NCBI RefSeq assembly: GCF_021028975.2
Contig: NC_059439.1
Coordinates: forward strand, 20,336,001 to 20,396,242
Reading direction: 5' to 3'
Origin: Sphaerodactylus townsendi
Lineage: Eukaryota
Length of the DNA: 60,242 nt
Shown here: positions 1-11,065 of the stretch, piece by piece
Layout of the letters: the number at the start of each line of letters is the position of its first letter
How positions within the stretch are numbered: position 1 is the stretch's first letter
Notes under the pieces: model-generated
Seen by the model: only the letters and a program-made list of their open reading frames with translations
Databases searched by the model: none
Told to the model about the DNA's origin: nothing
Position numbers and translations under genes: made by a program

Positions 1-96
1 TAACAGTCCTCTCCTTTAGCACTTGGTCCTTATGTAAGTTGATTTTCAACACACTAAAGTACAGTTTATTTGACCTTTGCAGGTTTGAGCTGCAGC

Positions 97-1053
97 ATGG
101 GAAAAGTAGAAGAAGAAAATGAAACGACCGTGACTGAATTTCTTCTGCTGGGCTTTGGGGATCTTGGGGATCAGCAGTGGCTTCTCTTTTCGGTTTTCTT
201 AGTGATTTACATTGTGACGATGGTGGGGAACATCCTCATTGTAACGCTGGTTGTGGCTGACCACCACCTTCACACTCCCATGTACTTCTTCTTGGGCATT
301 CTGTCTTGCTTGGAGATCTGCTACAGCTCCAATATCCTTCCTGTGATGATGACTAATCTATTTCATGGGGGCCAAGGAACCATTTCCATTTGGGGCTGCA
401 AGACACAATATTACTTTTTTGGTCTCTTGGCAGCTTCAGAATGTTATCTCCTAGCAGCGATGGCTTATGATAGGTATGTAGCAATATGTAAGCCTTTGCT
501 GTATGTGGTCCTTATGAATGGTAAAGTGTGTCTCCGCCTAGCAGCTGGATCTTGGATAAGTGGTTTCTTGGGTATTAACACAACGCTATATATAATGCAC
601 CAACTCACCTTTTGTGGTCCCAATGAAATCAACCATTTCTTTTGTGATTTTAATCCACTCTTAAAGCTGTCCTGTGGTGATACACGTACCATCCAACTTT
701 TAACGTTCCCTCTAGCTGCTGTGTGTTCCCTCCTCCCATTTTTGTTGACCCTGACATCGTACGGCTACATCGTATCTGCCATTGTGAGAATCCCATCTTC
801 CGCTGGGAGGCAAAAGGCCTTTTCCACCTGCTCGTCTCACCTCATTGTGGTGTCCGTTTTCTACGGCACCATTGTGATCGTTTACATGGTGCCCAGGACA
901 GAGGCGCTGCAGGACCTCAATAAAGTTTTTTCACTTTTTTACACAGTCCTGACCCCTTTGTTCAACCCTCTGATATACAGCCTGAGGAACAGGGAGGTAA
1001 AGGTATCCTTCAGAAGAACTGTAGCTAAGTTTTGTTCATATAAAAGAATATAG
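97..1053 (+). CDS. Olfactory receptor OR1 (class II GPCR), 318 aa, single coding exon
   Basis: OR motifs LHTPMYFFL, MAYDRYVAIC, KAFSTCSSHL, NPLIYSLRN; N-glycosylation sequon NET; ATG at 97 follows an acceptor-like ttgcAG at 81-82 (the ORF track start at 70 is TTG). Confidence 0.95.
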   Translation: MGKVEEENETTVTEFLLLGFGDLGDQQWLLFSVFLVIYIVTMVGNILIVTLVVADHHLHTPMYFFLGILSCLEICYSSNILPVMMTNLFHGGQGTISIWGCKTQYYFFGLLAASECYLLAAMAYDRYVAICKPLLYVVLMNGKVCLRLAAGSWISGFLGINTTLYIMHQLTFCGPNEINHFFCDFNPLLKLSCGDTRTIQLLTFPLAAVCSLLPFLLTLTSYGYIVSAIVRIPSSAGRQKAFSTCSSHLIVVSVFYGTIVIVYMVPRTEALQDLNKVFSLFYTVLTPLFNPLIYSLRNREVKVSFRRTVAKFCSYKRI

Positions 1054-1920
1054 ACCTGTAGAAGTGTGTTCGCTTACTTATAGTCTAACATATTTCTCAT
1101 TCTGTTCAGGATAACATTTCATTCAAATTGATTGGATCCAATCATCTTTTTTACTTGTAAAACAAGAGGAGAGCATTTAACACCCCCCCCCCCAAAGCTG
1201 TACTAGGGATTATAGGACTGCATGGACCAAGACATGTGGGATGGAGGCTGTAATAAGGATAGGAATTAGGGAAGAAGAAAAAGAGTTGCTGCCTGAGGGT
1301 GGATCACTTCTTGTGCGAGGCCCCTCTATAATGATACACATCACACCATTGCTGGGGTAATAAATTGGCCATAGCCATTTTATTGAGCAGAAGCATGAGG
1401 CTAAGTATGGGTCTGGATCTGGTCATGTGGGTACATGCTGCAGCTCAGCAGGGCGGGTGCCCGGTCCCGAGCTTCGATCTACTGTGGGGCTCTGCTGGGC
1501 GGCCGCTCCTGGCCAGAGATGTTCCCTTTCGGCCCAGTTCAACAGGGCGGTCGCCTCTTGTCACTGTTGCCATTCCCAAGGGGAAGGCGCGGCTCCCTAG
1601 CCCCCTTCCCCTTGCCCTTCCAGATCAATACCCATGCGCCAAACTGCCGCGAACTAGGCTATGACATAACAGCATGCATTAAAATATAAAAGTAGGGTGA
1701 GGTGGGCGGGCAAATCGTCGGCCGGCAAGCACATGGCCTGAACAAAGGAGGGCAAACCCCTTTAAAGCCTCGGCTCGCTCCTCCTTTCTTCCGGTGATGC
1801 TGCCCCGTCCCACAGTGGCTCCCTTTCCAGTTTCGCCCTTGTCTGGGCAGTGCCAGCTGGGCTCGTTCCAATCCCCCACCCCAATCAGCAACTCCACCTC
1901 ATGGTAATTCACATGCGCCT

Positions 1921-2189
1921 TTTCTTATGCCCCACTTTTCTCTCCTGTAAGGCGACTCAAAGTAGCTTACAAACTCCTTTCCCTTCATCTCCCCACAACA
2001 GACACCTTGTGAGGCAAGTGAGAGTTCTGAACGAACTGTGACTGACCCAAGATCACCAAGCAGGAATGTAGGAGTGGAGAAATAAATCTGGGTCACCAGA
2101 TCAGAGTCCATCGCTCATGTGTTGAAGTGGGGAATCAAACTCCAGATTAGAGCCCACCTGCTCTCAACCACTACAATATGCTGGCTCTC
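1921..2189 (-). mobile_element. tRNA-derived SINE (Squam3-like)
   Basis: Reverse strand has a GAGAGCCAGC..GTAGTGGTT head, box B GTTTGATTCCC, GGGTGACCTTGGG-like core and GAGTCKCCTTACAGGAGAGAAA tail. Confidence 0.8.
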
Positions 2190-3155
2190 TGAAGGACTAG
2201 AAGGCTCTTCTGACTGGATCCAACCCTATAGCTTTAAATATAACTATAGCCACAAAGCATTTGTTTTTGCGTGCTTGCTTTGTAATGGCAACTCAGCCAT
2301 TACAATTAATTGTGCATTAATATATTTCCCGCATAAATGATTCATTTAATCTCAGCTTTCCTGTCAAATAGGATATGTAGTTTGTTAAGAGGAAGTGTCC
2401 ATGTCCATGTCTGTTGACTTATCCACTGATTACAGATGTCTTTCACTTTTAACATGAGCTTTGGACATAACATGAGCTTTGCGAGGAGACATAAATACAG
2501 ACATGAATACCAGGTAACATGTACTTCTTGGTTTCTAGTTTAGTTTGGGAAAATCATCAACCCATGCATGAAGTGTTTTCAGCACTGATCTGAACCGGTA
2601 CAATATGGTGGCTTGGGGTGGCCTTTTTTGGTATACACAGAAAAAACATAGCAGTCCATAGACAATGTCATACCATATTTTTTTGCTGTACACCTATATG
2701 AATTGCTATTGGTGGTGCCGGGAAAGATCACTGGCAGGCAACTTGTTCAACTCTACTCCTGACCTGGAATCTTCCCTGTCCAAATTACATCAGGTAGTCA
2801 ATTTGGTTAGGAACATGCCCAATTATCTTGTTAAAAGACATACTGTTTTGATTCCGTTCTTCTTAAGTAAGAATTGTTTTTCTTGAGTTTAGAATAGATT
2901 ATTGTTCTCCTGTGTACAATGATCTAGGGAGATTTTATCTTCCACCAAGAATTGTAACAGTTGATCACTCCAGAAGGGGTTTGTCCTTCTTTGAAGGTGG
3001 ATAAAGACAGTACAAAGAAGTTATGTATTTTGCAACAATTCAGACTGCTCAGATTGAGTTTTGTAGCTTCTTGTATCACCCCTCATGTTGACTTCTTGAA
3101 GCTCAAGTTGCAGATGTCAGCTGGACATTAGAATCCAGACAGCCAGACCTGTTTC

Positions 3156-3164
3156 ATGGTAAGT
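3156..3164 (+). other. Candidate 5' splice donor of an upstream exon for OR2 (ATG|GTAAGT)
   Basis: Perfect GTAAGT donor, conserved in the paralogous block at 8187-8195. Confidence 0.5.
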
Positions 3165-3945
3165 CAATATTTTCCCCTCGGTTTTGTATAATGAAAAAAA
3201 AGGCAGAGCCAATTATTCAACACAACAAGATTTTCATGTGACAGTTGGCATTTTTTACTTTGTAGCCCTTCCGTATATGATTATGACCGCATTTTAAGAT
3301 GCACAGGAAGGAGCTATACAACTGGAACCTGTACATTCCAAGTTTCTGAAAATATGTAGATATAGTAAATATTTTTTTCCCAAACCATTGTGTATATATA
3401 TGTATTCACTGCTTTTCTAGTCTGCCTTTTGTCACTGAGACTGGAAGCAGTTCACAAAGCAGATTCCACAGAGCTGATGACACTTTATATTGAGTATTGG
3501 TCAATACAATCCATATAAGTAACCATCTAATGAGCAAGATACTAAGACTAAGGTTATGAAAATCTAAATAAGCATAGCATATTTGGCATCATAGAGAATG
3601 TGGCTATAATGAAGAAACAGCTTTTTTTAAATAATAAAGATATTAGTTCACAATTTTGCATAACTGTAGAACAGGGCGTCTGATGAAAATAAAACCCTCA
3701 AATGTTAGTGTTTTACACAGTGAATGGGATCCAGCTAACTTTTCTGCTGGTGAGAATGGGAGCAGAGTTTTGCCTTGATCATCTCCCCAAAGTGCGCTCA
3801 GGATTTTAGGACCTGCACAGAGACCACACAGGATGGGGACAAGGAAGAATATTATGTTTGAGTGAAATAACTGGCCAGAGCAAAACAAGTTTATGTGAAT
3901 TAAACAGAACAGAAAAGCACTATGCAAATTCACTTAAGACTGCAA

Positions 3946-4055
3946 TAATGTACTTTAATGTATTTTATTTTAATGTGTTTTATTAATGTATTTTATGATA
4001 ATGTATTTATTTTAATCTGTATTTTAATGTATTTTGTTAATGTATTTTATTTTCA
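3946..4055. repeat. AT-rich minisatellite (TAATGTATTT)n; paralog at about 8996-9125
   Basis: Direct inspection. Confidence 0.8.
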
Positions 4056-4408
4056 TCTTGAATGTAAGCCCTGTAGGGGAGAGTGGCATATAAATTTGAT
4101 GAAATAAATACATAAATAGCCGTTACCATGAAATAGGATGACCAAGGTTTCCAATCCCTTTGAGCACACCAAAGTAGATAGATGCTGAAAGGTGAACATT
4201 ATTAGGGGGGACTGGAGTGGTTCCATATAGAATCACTATAATGTAGACTGTTGGATAAGCACAGTTGTCTGTCAAATACTGTCAGGAAGATATGAAAGGA
4301 AATAATCAGAGCAGACATTCAGTATCTCGGTATATCCTAAGAACAGGTACATTTCCGGGGTGCTGTCTGGTTTCCGGGCTGTATGGCCGTGTTCTAGCAG
4401 CATTCTCT

Positions 4409-4449
4409 CCTGACGTTTCGCCTGCATCTGTGGCTGGCATCTTCAGAGG
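4409..4449 (-). ncRNA. Minimal type I hammerhead ribozyme motif
   Basis: Reverse complement CCT-CTGAAGA-tGCC..GGC-GAAACGTC-AGG gives the CUGANGA and GAAA core, helices I and II, and a palindromic ACGT helix III. Confidence 0.75.
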
Positions 4450-4467
4450 ATCTTCAGAGGATCAGAT

Positions 4468-4508
4468 CCTCTGAAGATGCCAGCCACAGAAGCAGGTGAA
4501 ACGTCAAG
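4468..4508 (+). ncRNA. Minimal type I hammerhead ribozyme motif (slightly mutated)
   Basis: CCT-CTGAAGA-tGCC..GGT-GAAACGTC-AAG. Confidence 0.65.
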
Positions 4509-4879
4509 AGAGAATGCTACTAGAACACAGCCATACAGCCCGGAAACCACACAGCACCTCAGTGATTCCGGCCGTGAAAGCCTTCGACAACACAGGAACA
4601 TCTCCCATTATCTTTTCAGATGTCTGCTCTGCAGCCAGATTCAAAATGAGTTAATGAACCTAAAGTCTGATGCATGCTCACTTGAGCATAAGACCCTGTG
4701 AATTCTGTAGGACTTACTTGTGAGTAAGTCTGCCTAGGATGGAGCTGTAAAGAATGCACTGCACCTGCTTGCGTGGTCACTGAGATTTAAATCAATGCAA
4801 GAAAAGGTTCAGTGGAGATTACCCTGGGTTGGAACTTGTCAAATTTCACAAATTATCCACTTGGCCAAACAGTTTGGTC

Positions 4880-5312
4880 CTAGATACTTGAGAGACACCT
4901 ACCAATAAATTCCTGTCTGGATGCTGAGATTGGAGGGGGAAAGCTGCCTAGATGTCCTGCCCCTTTCAGAGGTGAGAGGGTGGGGGGTGGGGGCCCAGAG
5001 GATCTTCTCAGCAGTGGCTCCTGCATTGTGGAATGCCCTGCCACTGGAGCTCTGCCAGGCACCTACCCTCCTGAAGTTTTGGTGCTTGGTGAAGACTGGT
5101 CTTTTTGCCCAGGCTTTTGGCTGATTCCCCCCTGCTCGGATGGGGGCCTTCCTTGAGAGGTCCTGTGCACTCCATCCATTTTTGGGGTTGTTGGGGTGGG
5201 AGTTTTTACAATGTTCTATGGTTTTAGGATTGAATTTTCCAGGGTTTTTATTATGGTTTTAATTGTAACCCACCTGGAGAGTGTTGTAAAGGGTGGGGAA
5301 TAAATAAATAAA
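4880..5312 (+). mobile_element. L2-like LINE 3' fragment
   Basis: Encodes IFSAVAPALWNALP..FW..VKTGLF; (TAAA)n tail; paralog at 9690-10156. Confidence 0.7.
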
Positions 5313-5365
5313 TAGTCAGACCACACAGGTCCCATGATCCCGAATGATAAAGGGTAAGTTGATGG

Positions 5366-5660
5366 ATGAAGAGTTTGGATTTATATCCCACCTTTCTCTC
5401 CTTTATGGAGACTCAAGATGGCTTACAAGCTCCTTTCCCTTCCTCTCTCCACAACAGACACCTTGCGAGGTAGGTGGGGCTGAGAGAGTTCTGAGAGAAC
5501 TGTGACTAGTCCAAGCTGGAATGTAGTCCCAGATGGAATGTAGAAGTGCAGAAACACATCTGGTTCACCAGATAAGCCTCTGCCTCTCAAGTGGAGGAGT
5601 GAGGAATCAAACCCAGTTCACCAGATTAGAATCTACCTGCTCTTAACCACTATACCACGA
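5366..5660 (-). mobile_element. tRNA-derived SINE (Squam3-like)
   Basis: Same family signature. Confidence 0.85.
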
Positions 5661-6113
5661 CTGTACCATGCTGAGGCTAGAGAGTTTCTCTTCTGGCTCT
5701 CATAGTTATCAGTTTTGCCTTTATATTTTCAGGATCCAGCCAGCTTTCCTGCTCCATCTCACCAATTCTCTTCCTCACATTTTCCTCCTGGTATCCCACA
5801 TGCATATCCCATAATTTCCAACCTTTGAGGGGTATTCAAAGAAAATCACAGTTTCCTTTTTCAACAGCAGAAATGCAGGTTGGATCCAACCCATTGTATT
5901 TTACAGGGACCTCATTTGTTTTAAATTTGTTTTGCTGAAATCTTGGTGGCAATACCTACATCTTGTGAAAAATGGTTAGCAAAATGTTGCACAGCTTGCA
6001 TTACAAAATGAGACCTAGATATCTAGAAATTAAGTTCTTGATCTGCTTTGCTTCTCTGAATCTACCTCCTCCCTGCTTTATTTTCTCTCTCCAGTGTGCT
6101 GGATTTAGTCTGC

Positions 6114-7166
6114 ATGATTCCATGGCAAACACACCTTGGGGGAAATCAAACCAGCATTACAGAATTCATTCTCTTGGGGTTCGGGACTGGCCGAGAGGTC
6201 CATATTCCTCTCCTGTTGCTGTTTTTTGTGATCTACATAGCAACCATCAGTGGAAACATCCTCATTGTTGTTCTCGTTGTGTTTGATCAGCAGCTTCACA
6301 CTCCAATGTACTTCTTCCTGGGCAACCTATCATGCTTGGAGACCTTCTACAGCTCAGCCATCCTTCCCAGGGTATTGCATAGTCTTTTGACAGGGGACAG
6401 GTCTATTTCATTCACAAGTTGCATTGCCCAGTTCTATTTCTTTGGCATTCTTGTCACAACAGAGTGCTTCCTGCTAGCTGCCATGTCCATCGACCGCTAT
6501 TTAGCCATATGCAAGCCACTACACTACGCTGCTGTCATGAGCAACAAGCGATGTGCTCAGCTAGCTGCTGGTTCCTGGATGGGTGGCTGGCTGTCTATCT
6601 CTATTACAACCTCTTTTGTGTCCCAGCTTCTTTTTTGTGGTGCTAATGAGATGGACCACTTCTTTTGTGATTTTGCCCCACTGCTCACTCTTTCCTGTAG
6701 TGACACCAGGGTCGTAGACCTCGTCGGTTTTATATTGTCATCTATATGTGCTTTTCCACCTTTCTTCTTGACTTTGGCAACCTATGTTTGCATCATCACC
6801 TGTATCCTGAAAATCCCATCCACCTCTGGAAGGCAGAAGGTTTTCTCTACCTGCTCCTCTCACCTCCTAGTAGTGATCATTTTTTATGGGACTCTGATCA
6901 TTGTCTATGTCTTACCAAACTCCAGTACCTTGAGAAGTCTAAACAAGGTGTTTTCTGTTCTGTATACCATACTGACTCCTCTTGCTAACCCGCTTATATA
7001 CAGCCTAAGAAACAAAGAAGTTAAGGAAGCGATGAAGAAAGGGGCCAGGAAACTTTACAAAAATGTAAGGCTCATTCCGCACACGCAGAATAATGCAGTT
7101 TCAAGCTGCTTTCAGGGCTCTTTGAAGCTGTGCGGAATGGCAAAAACAGTTGTGAAAGCAGCTTGA
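6114..7166 (+). CDS. Olfactory receptor OR2, 350 aa, with altered N-terminus and MITE-derived C-terminal tail
   Basis: Full OR motif set; in-frame ATG at 6114; ancestral ATG at 6122 is out of frame because of an extra G; last 31 aa read through the insertion at 7069-7198. Confidence 0.85.
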   Translation: MIPWQTHLGGNQTSITEFILLGFGTGREVHIPLLLLFFVIYIATISGNILIVVLVVFDQQLHTPMYFFLGNLSCLETFYSSAILPRVLHSLLTGDRSISFTSCIAQFYFFGILVTTECFLLAAMSIDRYLAICKPLHYAAVMSNKRCAQLAAGSWMGGWLSISITTSFVSQLLFCGANEMDHFFCDFAPLLTLSCSDTRVVDLVGFILSSICAFPPFFLTLATYVCIITCILKIPSTSGRQKVFSTCSSHLLVVIIFYGTLIIVYVLPNSSTLRSLNKVFSVLYTILTPLANPLIYSLRNKEVKEAMKKGARKLYKNVRLIPHTQNNAVSSCFQGSLKLCGMAKTVVKAA

Positions 7167-7198
7167 AAGTGCATTATTTTGCGTGTGCGGAATGAGCC
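7069..7198. mobile_element. PIF/Harbinger-like MITE (130 bp) inside the OR2 CDS
   Basis: TIR GGCTCATTCCGCAC, TSD TAA, empty site in OR3 at about 12009. Confidence 0.9.
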
Positions 7199-7400
7199 TA
7201 AGAATATAAGAGGAGTTCTACTGAATATCACTGAAGACTCATAAGGAAGTGCAAGTAGCTGAAAGTTTCCTCCTCCAATTGCTCCACCAGGAAACTTGTA
7301 TCCAGAGATATCTGAACTGAGTCTGGCCACAAAGGTTAAATTTAGCAATTAAAGGAGTTAGAATACGAGATTGGTACTCTTACGAGATTGGTACTCTTAA

Positions 7401-7659
7401 TAACCTGGATAGCTTTAAAAGGGGCTTGGACAGATTTATGGAGAAGTTGATTTATGGCTACCAATCTTGATCCTCTTTGATCTGAGATTGCAAGTGCCTT
7501 AACAGTCCAGGTGCTCAGGAGCAACAGCCGCAGAAGGCCATAGCTTTCACATCCTGCATGTGAGCTCCCAAAGGCACCTGGTGGGCCACTGCGAGTAGCA
7601 GAGAGCTGGACTAGATGGACTCTGGTCTGATCTAGCTGGCTTGTTCTTATGTTCTTATG
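7401..7659 (+). mobile_element. CR1 LINE 3' fragment
   Basis: (TTCTTATG)n tail; absent from the paralog at about 12190; matches 31089-31631 in inverted orientation. Confidence 0.85.
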
Positions 7660-8186
7660 ACAATAAAATAACATTTTAGACATGAAGTTATATATTTTGT
7701 GAAAATGCAGCTAACAAATAAACATATTTTCCCTTTCCACTCATGCAACCCGTGCATATCTCAGCTGAGGGTGCATTGTCAGGTGCTGCTGCTGGTGGGA
7801 ATTCTTGGGTATATTGTTTACATGGAAACACAGTGTTTCCCTTCCAAACCGTGCTGCCTTCTGCCTCTGGGATCCCAGCGATCCCAGGGGCCCCCTGCTT
7901 CTTAAGTAAGCGTTGTTGTTTTTTCCTTAAGAATAGATTATTGTTCTTCTGTATACAATGATCTAGGGAGATTTTATCTTCCACTAAGAATTTTAAAATT
8001 GATGACCCTAGAAGGGGTTTGTGGATAAAGACTGTACAAAGAAGGTATGTGTTTTGCAACAATTCAGACTGCTCAGACTGAGTTTTGTAGACTCTAGTAT
8101 CACCTCTCATGTTGACGTCTTGATGCTCAAGATGCAGATATCAGCTGGACATTAGAATCCAAATCCTAGACTAACAGTCCTGTTTC

Positions 8187-8195
8187 ATGGTAAGT
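8187..8195 (+). other. Candidate 5' splice donor of an upstream exon for OR3 (ATG|GTAAGT)
   Basis: Paralog of 3156-3164. Confidence 0.5.
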
Positions 8196-9689
8196 CAATC
8201 TTTCCCCCTCAGATTTGTATAATGAAAAAAAAAGCAGAGTCAAGGATTCAACACAACAAAGTTTTCATGTGACAGTTGGCATTTTCACTTTGTAGCCCTT
8301 CCATCTATGATTATGATCACATTTCAAGATGCACAGAAAGGAGCTGTACAACTGGAACCTATACATTTCACGTTTCTGAATATGTGTGTGTATATATAGT
8401 AGATAGATGTCCATAAACCATTGCATATATGTCCACGAACCATATGTATGTATTCATTGCATTTCTAGTCTGTCACCAAGACTCGAAGCAGCTCACAAAG
8501 CAGATAACACAGAACTCATGACTCTTTATATTGATTATTGGTCAATACAATCCATATAAGTAACCATGTAATGAGCAAGATACTAAGACTAAGGTTATGA
8601 AAATCTAAATAAACATAACATATTTGGCATGATAAAGAATGTGGCTATAATGAAGAAAAAGTGGTCTTTTAAAAGGAATAGGGCATTAGTTTACAATTTT
8701 GCATAACTGTAGAACAGGGAATCGGATGAAAATTAAAATCCTCAAATTTTAGTGTTGCACAGTGAATGGGATCCAGCTAACTTTTCTGCAGGTGAGAAAA
8801 GGAGCAGAGGTATCCCTTGATCATCTCCCCCCCCCCCCCAAGTATGCAGGGGATTATAGGACTTGCACAGAGACCATACAGGATGGGGACAAGGAAGATT
8901 ATTAAAATTGAGTGAAATAGTTGGCCGGATCCAAACAATTAGATGTGAATTAAACAGAACAGAATAGCACTAGGCAAATTCACGTAAGGCTGCAATAATG
9001 TACTTTAATGTATTTTATTTTAATGTATGTAATGTATTTTATTTTAATGTATTTATGTTAATATATTGTATGGTAATGTATTTATGCATTTTAATGTATT
9101 TGATTAATGTATTTTATTTTAATCTTGAATGTAAGCCCTGTGGGGGAGAGTGGCATATAAATTTGATAAATAAATAAATAAATAGCCGTTACCATGAAAT
9201 AGAATGACCAAGGTATCCAATCCCTTTGAGCACACCAAAGTAGATAGATTCTGAAAGGTGAACATTATTAAAGGGGACTGGAGTGGTTCCATATAGAATC
9301 ACTATGATGTAGACTGTTGTCTGTCAAATACTGTCAGGAAGATATGGAAGGAAATAATCAGAGCAGAAATTCTACATCTCTGTATGTCCTAAGAACAGGT
9401 ACATCTCCCATTATCTTTTCAGGTGTCTGCTCTGCAGCCAGATTCAAAATGAGTTACTGAACCTAAAGTCTGATGAATGCTCACTTGAGCACAAGACCCT
9501 GTGAATACTGTAGGACTTACTTCTGAGTAAGTCTGCCTAGGATGGAGCTGTAAAGAATGCACTCTGCCTGCTTGCTTGGCTACTGAGATTTAAATCAATG
9601 CAAGCTGAGAGAAATGGTTCAGTGGACCCTGAGTTGGAACATGTCAACTCTCACAAATTTTCCACATGGCCAAATGGCTTTGGTCGTGG

Positions 9690-10156
9690 ATCCCTGAGAG
9701 ACGGCATCCACCAAAATATTCCTGTCTGAGTGCCGAGATTGGAGGGGGAGGGCTGCCTAGATGTCCTGCCTCTTTCAGAGGTGAGGAGGGGTGGGGTGGG
9801 GTGGGGTGGGATGGCCCAGAGGGTCTTCTCAACAGTGGCCCCTGCACTGTGGAATGCCCTGCCACTGGAGTTGTGCCAGGAGCCCACCGTCCTAGAGTTT
9901 TGGCGCTTGGCGAAGACTGGCTTCTTCGCCTAGGCTTTTGGCTGACTCCCCCCTGCACAGAATGGGCCTTGAGAGGTCCTGTGCACTCTGTTCATTTTTA
10001 GGGGTTGCTGGGGTGGGAGTTTTTATAACATTTCATGGTTTTAGGATTGGGTTTTCCAGGGATTTTACTACAGTTGTTAAAGGGCCTTATTATGGTTTTT
10101 ATTGTAACCCACCCTGAGACAGTTGTAAAGTGGGGAATAAATGTAAATAAATAAAT
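9690..10156 (+). mobile_element. L2-like LINE 3' fragment (paralog)
   Basis: Same signature as 4880-5312. Confidence 0.7.
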
Positions 10157-10295
10157 AGACAGACCACACAGGTCACATGATCCTGAATGATAAAGGGTAA
10201 GGAGATGGATAAAGCTAGAGAGTTTCTCTTCTGGCTCGATTTTGCCTTTATATTTTCATGTCTCATGAACCTGAGTGATAAAGGGTAAGGAGATG

Positions 10296-10581
10296 AATGC
10301 AGAGTTTGGATTTATGTCCCACCATTCTCACCTGTAAGGAAACTCAAGGTGGCTTAAAAGCTCCTTTCATTTCCTCTCCCCACAACAGGCACCTTGTGAG
10401 GTAGGTGGAGCTGAGAGAGTTCTGAGAGAACTGTGACTAGCCCAAGGTCATCCAACAGGAATGTAGGAGGCAGAAACACAATTGGTTCACCAAATAAGCC
10501 TCTGTCACTCAGGTGGAGGAGTGGGGAATCAAATCCGGTTCTCCAGATTAGAATCCACCTTCTCTTTACCACTACACCACC
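10296..10581 (-). mobile_element. tRNA-derived SINE (Squam3-like), paralog of the 5366 copy
   Basis: Same family signature and position in the duplication unit. Confidence 0.85.
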
Positions 10582-11065
10582 AATACACCACACTGAGGCT
10601 ACAGAGTTTCTCTTCTGGCTCTCATAGTTATCAGTTTTGACTTCATATTTTCAGGATCCAGCCAGCTTGCCTGCTCCATCTCACCAAATTGTCTTCCTCA
10701 CATTTTCCTCTTGATATTCCACATGCAGATCCCATATTTTCCAGCCTTTGGGGGTATTCAAAGAAGATCACAGTTTCTTTCCTCAAGAACAGAAATGCTG
10801 GGGGGATCCAACCTATTTTATTTTGTAAATAACACAATGTTCAGCTAGCTTTACTGGGACATCATTTGTCTTAAATTTGTTTTGCTAAACTCTTGGTGGC
10901 AATACCTACATTTTGTGAAAAAAACAGTTATCAAAATGATACACAGCTTGCATTACAAAGTGAGACCTAGATATCTAGAAATTAAGTTCTCGATTTGTTT
11001 TGCTTCTCCTCTGAATTCACCCCCACCCTGCTTTATTTTCTTTCTCCAGTGTGCTGCATGCTTCC

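Larger units (their letters stand above)
4353..4591. mobile_element. Penelope-like element fragment in inverted-repeat configuration
   Basis: Inverted arms of about 95 bp, each with a hammerhead motif; flanking ACAGG(T/A)ACAT duplication; empty site at about 9395-9410. Confidence 0.8.
2860..7895 (+). repeat. Tandem segmental duplication, unit A1 (contains OR2)
   Basis: Colinear high similarity with 7900-12420 including noncoding DNA; breakpoints approximate. Confidence 0.9.

Noticed and set aside
70-11065. Assigning mammalian OR gene symbols, or using the ORF-track TTG/GTG starts
   Set aside because: Orthology cannot be established by eye in lineage-expanded OR families, and the non-ATG starts come from the ORF caller.
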